Under the pieces are notes generated by a model that ran no database searches, was not told the DNA's origin, and saw only the letters and a list, made by a program, of their open reading frames with translations. 64,000 nucleotides of DNA from Phormidium sp. (GTDB lineage Bacteria; Cyanobacteriota; Cyanobacteriia; Cyanobacteriales; Aerosakkonemataceae): positions 1,024,001 through 1,088,000 of the forward strand of contig CP143273.1 in assembly GCA_051013385.1 (NCBI GenBank), in the 5' to 3' direction. How positions within the stretch are numbered: position 1 is the stretch's first letter; each line of letters opens with the position of its first letter. The position numbers and the translations under genes are program-made. Below are positions 60,613-64,000 of this stretch, piece by piece.

Positions 60613-60699
60613 GTACCTAGCCTTAAGTTGAGTTTTTCCCTATCCAAAATATTTGGTTTTAACTAAAATTAAGTTTAGTTAAAACCAAACTTAAGGCTA
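60613..60699. promoter_or_regulatory. Conserved upstream motif plus palindrome in the sheath promoter region
   Basis: gtacctagccttaagttgagttt (20/23 identical to 62561-62583); 16-bp stem tttggttttaactaaa / tttagttaaaaccaaa. Confidence 0.55.
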
Positions 60700-60836
60700 T
60701 TAAGGCTAGAGTTTCAATCCCAATGTTTAAAGCTGATTTCTTACCCAGTCACGGTTTCAAGGAATTTAGCAAACCAAGTACATCCGAGTAAAAATTTCAT
60801 CAATGGATGGTGATATCAATCTAATCATTTGATAAT

Positions 60837-61325
60837 TTAACGTCTTGTTAACTCTTCGACCGTCACTTCAACTTCCTCAATTTCAAAATCACTTCCAGCC
60901 ACATCAAGATCAGAAATCGTGTAACCAACAGGCCATGCTCGTTTGAATTCAAATCGAAACTGTTCTTCTGCTGCCTGATTATAAATTACTAAAGAACCAT
61001 CGCGCCGTTGTTTTGCCCAATTTCCATCCTGCACTGTTTGAAGCCAGTTCCAAAATGTCATTGACACCGTTAAACCTCGGCGCAAAGTCATATTAGTATA
61101 GGTCATATTGCCAGGAATTTTCGTGCGTACAATTCGACCTTTAGATGTTCCTTGGCTTCCCCACTTTTGCGGTGTAACTTCACAGATTTCCATTACCTCT
61201 TGAGTTGCCTTAAAGCCGCTACACTCCATAAAGTAACCATCTACCGAGTCATCACTGCCATCTAGTTTTAGCTCTAAATAAAACTTTGCTTTTGTGAGAA
61301 TTTCAGGAAAATTTGTCACAATCAT
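60837..61325 (-). CDS. Tail tube protein, gp19-like
   Basis: FMECSGF, KIPG…MTLRRG, RRDGSLVIY, AWPV, IEEVEV. Confidence 0.9.
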   Translation of the reverse strand: MIVTNFPEILTKAKFYLELKLDGSDDSVDGYFMECSGFKATQEVMEICEVTPQKWGSQGTSKGRIVRTKIPGNMTYTNMTLRRGLTVSMTFWNWLQTVQDGNWAKQRRDGSLVIYNQAAEEQFRFEFKRAWPVGYTISDLDVAGSDFEIEEVEVTVEELTRR

Positions 61326-61365
61326 CCTACCTTTAATAAAAAGGGTAAATCAAATCCTTGAATTT

Positions 61366-61851
61366 TTACTTTACCCGAACTATTTTCGTGAATCTAAGTT
61401 CTATGGTATCTTCAGCAACTTGACCAGACTGATCTGGGCCGAGGGTACCGCTAGCTTGTTTTATAGTACCGGGAAACAAATCGGTAAAGTCAAAACGCAT
61501 TTCCTTACCATCCCCGTCATAAATAGTCAGTGATCCAGTTTTCCGATTTGTTCTAGCTTGTGTCTGCCCACCAGCATAAGCTTCGGAGTGACACTTGATA
61601 TACCAGTCTTCTAATGCTTTTTGCACACCTTCATTTCCTGCTACATAAGTGAGGGTAATAGCAGAGCTATATTTGACTCCACCAATAACAGATTGAGTTT
61701 GGCTTTTACCGCCTTTTGTACAGCCTATTGGGGCATCACCCCCAGCAACTTCAATAGTAATTTCTGGACCATTAACGCTCTTAATTAATAAGTCTTGAAT
61801 CCCGTCTATTTCAAAGTAAAACTTAGAATTTGTCAAAAACTCTTCAGCCAT
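61366..61851 (-). CDS. Divergent tail tube protein, gp19-like
   Basis: KFYFEIDG…KSVNG…W…RKTGSLTIYD…LFP…EDTIEL. Confidence 0.75.
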   Translation of the reverse strand: MAEEFLTNSKFYFEIDGIQDLLIKSVNGPEITIEVAGGDAPIGCTKGGKSQTQSVIGGVKYSSAITLTYVAGNEGVQKALEDWYIKCHSEAYAGGQTQARTNRKTGSLTIYDGDGKEMRFDFTDLFPGTIKQASGTLGPDQSGQVAEDTIELRFTKIVRVK

Positions 61852-61901
61852 TTAATATCTCCTGATACACATTTAATTTGACAGTAGTACGCCCGTTGTA
61901 T

Positions 61902-62396
61902 TTACTTAGCGCGATTAAATTTTTCACAAGTAATTGTGAAAGTCTCTTCCAAATATTTATCTTCAGTTGCATTCAAATCTGCACATTTGTATTTGGAAGG
62001 CCAAGCGTCTACGAACTCCCACATTGCTACTACTTCACTATCTGAATCAAATGCAGTAATTTTGCCAGATTTTTTATTATTCTTCCATTGTCCTTTACCA
62101 CCATCAGATTTAGGTAAGCATTTTTCAAACCATTCATACATTTTCTTGCTAGCGCTGCTAGCATCCAGACACGCAATACAAACACAATCGAAGGTGAATA
62201 ATCCTTCAAATCCACCTGAATTAATCTGGCGAATTGATTTTCCATCTTTAGTAGTTCCAATTACAGTTTCACCTCCAGCTACTTTTGGTTTGTATTCTGG
62301 TAGGGTTACACTTTTGAAAACTAAATCAGCTAGAGCATCAAATTCTAAGTAAAAACTGCTAGGGGCAATTGGTTTAACTAAATCAGCCATTTGCAA
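61902..62396 (-). CDS. Divergent tail tube protein, gp19-like
   Basis: FYLEFD…FKSV…YEWF…KSGKITAFD…WEFVDAWPSKY…EETFTITCE. Confidence 0.8.
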   Translation of the reverse strand: MQMADLVKPIAPSSFYLEFDALADLVFKSVTLPEYKPKVAGGETVIGTTKDGKSIRQINSGGFEGLFTFDCVCIACLDASSASKKMYEWFEKCLPKSDGGKGQWKNNKKSGKITAFDSDSEVVAMWEFVDAWPSKYKCADLNATEDKYLEETFTITCEKFNRAK

Positions 62397-62560
62397 AACT
62401 CCTTTTTTTGGTAAAAAATAGTACTAACTAAGATAACAACGAATTCAAGTGCAAAAAATCCGCAATTTAGTAGCTCTTTTCCCTTGCTTTGCGCTAATCT
62501 AGAGTCATTTCTAGAGTTGGTTTGTTGTTTGTTTATAGTTTACAAAGTCTTCCATAGACA

Positions 62561-62583
62561 GTACCTAGCCTAAAGTTCGGTTT
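62561..62583. promoter_or_regulatory. Second copy of the CIS upstream motif
   Basis: gtacctagcctaaagttcggttt, ~165 bp upstream of the tube operon. Confidence 0.55.
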
Positions 62584-62664
62584 AAAGCTGATAAAATGGC
62601 TAGTCGATCGCCAAATTTAAGATGAGAGTATTAGCGTGAGTCCCTTTTAGGAGAGCAAAAGAAA

Positions 62665-64000
62665 ATGCTCGATTTAAGAGAATACCAAATACTAGAACAA
62701 ATTTATACTAGTTCTAAGCACATTTTGTACCGAGGTTTACGGATATCAGACCAACAGCCTGTAATTCTCAAATACCTTCGCTCTGACTACCCTACACCCG
62801 GAGAAATTGCTTCTCTCCAACAAGAATATGAAATCGCTTATTCTTTAAATATTAGTGGAATAGTTAAACCCTTAGATTTTTTAAATATCTACGATCGCCC
62901 TGTCCTGGTTCTATCAGATTTTGATGGTGTTTCTCTCAAAGAATACCTAGCTCATCACCAACTCACTTTAACCGAATTTTTAAATATTAGTATACAAATT
63001 GCACATATATTGGGAGAACTACACAATAAACAGATAATTCATAAAAATATTAAAGCTGACAATATTATCATCAATCCAAATACTTTAGAAATCAAGATAA
63101 CCGATTTGGCTCAAACTTCTTCCCCATTTAAAGAAGAAACAAATTTCAGTCATTTGATGCAGGAAGATACATTAGCATATATATCACCAGAAGCCACAGG
63201 ACGAATTAATTGCACAATTGATTATCGCACTGATTTCTATTCGTTGGGAGTCACTTTTTATGAAATGCTTACTGGACAATTACCTTACAATTGTACAGAC
63301 CCAATGGAATTGATTCACGCTCATATTGCCAAAATCCCGATCGAACCACAAATCCTAAATCCACAAGTTCCTCCAATTTTGTCGGACTTGGTGATGAAAT
63401 TACTCGCCAAAAACCCAGAAGATAGATATCAAAGTGCTTTCGGTATCAAATCAGATTTAGAATTGTGTCACACTCAACTTAAACAAAAGGGTTATATAAG
63501 CAACTTTACTTTAGGTGAAAAAGATTTTTCTTTTAAATTACAAATTCCGCAAAAACTTTACGGAAGGCAAAGAGAATTAGCCCAATTAAAAGCAGCTTTT
63601 GAGCGAGTTTGTACAGGAAATACTCAGTTAATGTTAGTAACTGGATATTCTGGTATTGGTAAATCTACTTTAATACAAGAAATAAAAAAACCATTACTGC
63701 AATACAGTGGTTATTTCATATCAGGAAAATTCGATCGATTCCAGCGTCATATTCCCTACAGTGCTTTGGTACAAGCATTTTCTGACTTGGTACATCAATT
63801 ACTGACTGAAGAACAAACGCAATTAGAAACTTGGCGCGAAAAACTACAGACTGCTTTAGGAACAAATGGTCAGATCATTATTGATATTATCCCAGAAGTT
63901 GAAATTTTAATTGGCTCTCAACCGTCAGTTATCCAAATTTCACCAGAAGATGCCCAAAGTAGATTTAATTTAGTATTTCAAAATTTTATTCAGGTGTTTG
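62665..64000 (+). CDS. Ser/Thr kinase-like + AAA ATPase multidomain sensor (HstK-type architecture), 3'-partial
   Basis: aggag RBS then ATG; IIHKNIKADN, AYISPEATGR, IDYRTDFYSLG, KLYGR, Walker A GYSGIGKS; runs off the window. Confidence 0.88.
   Translation, partial: MLDLREYQILEQIYTSSKHILYRGLRISDQQPVILKYLRSDYPTPGEIASLQQEYEIAYSLNISGIVKPLDFLNIYDRPVLVLSDFDGVSLKEYLAHHQLTLTEFLNISIQIAHILGELHNKQIIHKNIKADNIIINPNTLEIKITDLAQTSSPFKEETNFSHLMQEDTLAYISPEATGRINCTIDYRTDFYSLGVTFYEMLTGQLPYNCTDPMELIHAHIAKIPIEPQILNPQVPPILSDLVMKLLAKNPEDRYQSAFGIKSDLELCHTQLKQKGYISNFTLGEKDFSFKLQIPQKLYGRQRELAQLKAAFERVCTGNTQLMLVTGYSGIGKSTLIQEIKKPLLQYSGYFISGKFDRFQRHIPYSALVQAFSDLVHQLLTEEQTQLETWREKLQTALGTNGQIIIDIIPEVEILIGSQPSVIQISPEDAQSRFNLVFQNFIQVF

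Noticed and set aside
43862..62396. Prophage or T6SS interpretation of the tail genes
   Set aside because: No capsid, portal, terminase or integrase, and no TssJLM/ClpV; DUF4255, DUF4157 and the Afp15-like ATPase point to eCIS

Overview
AT-rich DNA from a cyanobacterium, probably filamentous (inferred from abundant HIP1 GCGATCGC sites, XisH/XisI, pentapeptide, CHASE2/DUF928 and DUF4278 genes). The left part (1-28 kb) holds the 3' end of an RTX/Gly-rich protein gene, an adenylate cyclase, a multi-PAS kinase, a Fur-boxed MORN-tonB / exbB-exbD locus and a two-component/c-di-GMP signalling cluster, with nested MITEs and ISL3 remnants between them. The right part (28.4-62.4 kb) is an apparently near-complete contractile injection system (eCIS; resembles the thylakoid-anchored CIS of Anabaena). 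It has a sheath, four tube paralogues, VgrG, two PAAR-type tips, baseplate, DUF4255 cap, AAA ATPase and a putative membrane-anchor operon. No capsid, terminase or T6SS membrane complex is present. The most notable observations are: (1) a lambda G/G-T-style -1 frameshift site (G GGG GAG) joining the tail-assembly chaperone to a start-less DUF6760 frame; (2) two candidate cargo proteins, a DUF4157 protein and a putative HNH-like nuclease, sharing an N-terminal FxVQSK..LKTxLxxAxR(F/Y)GH motif; (3) a 23-bp motif repeated upstream of the CIS operons; (4) TA-like cassettes (PIN pair, 2x XisH/XisI) bounded by direct repeats next to the cargo genes; (5) REP-doublet MITEs with 10-bp target duplications, two of which carry the same 24-bp micro-insertion. 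All family calls come from visual motif recognition; no database searches were run.
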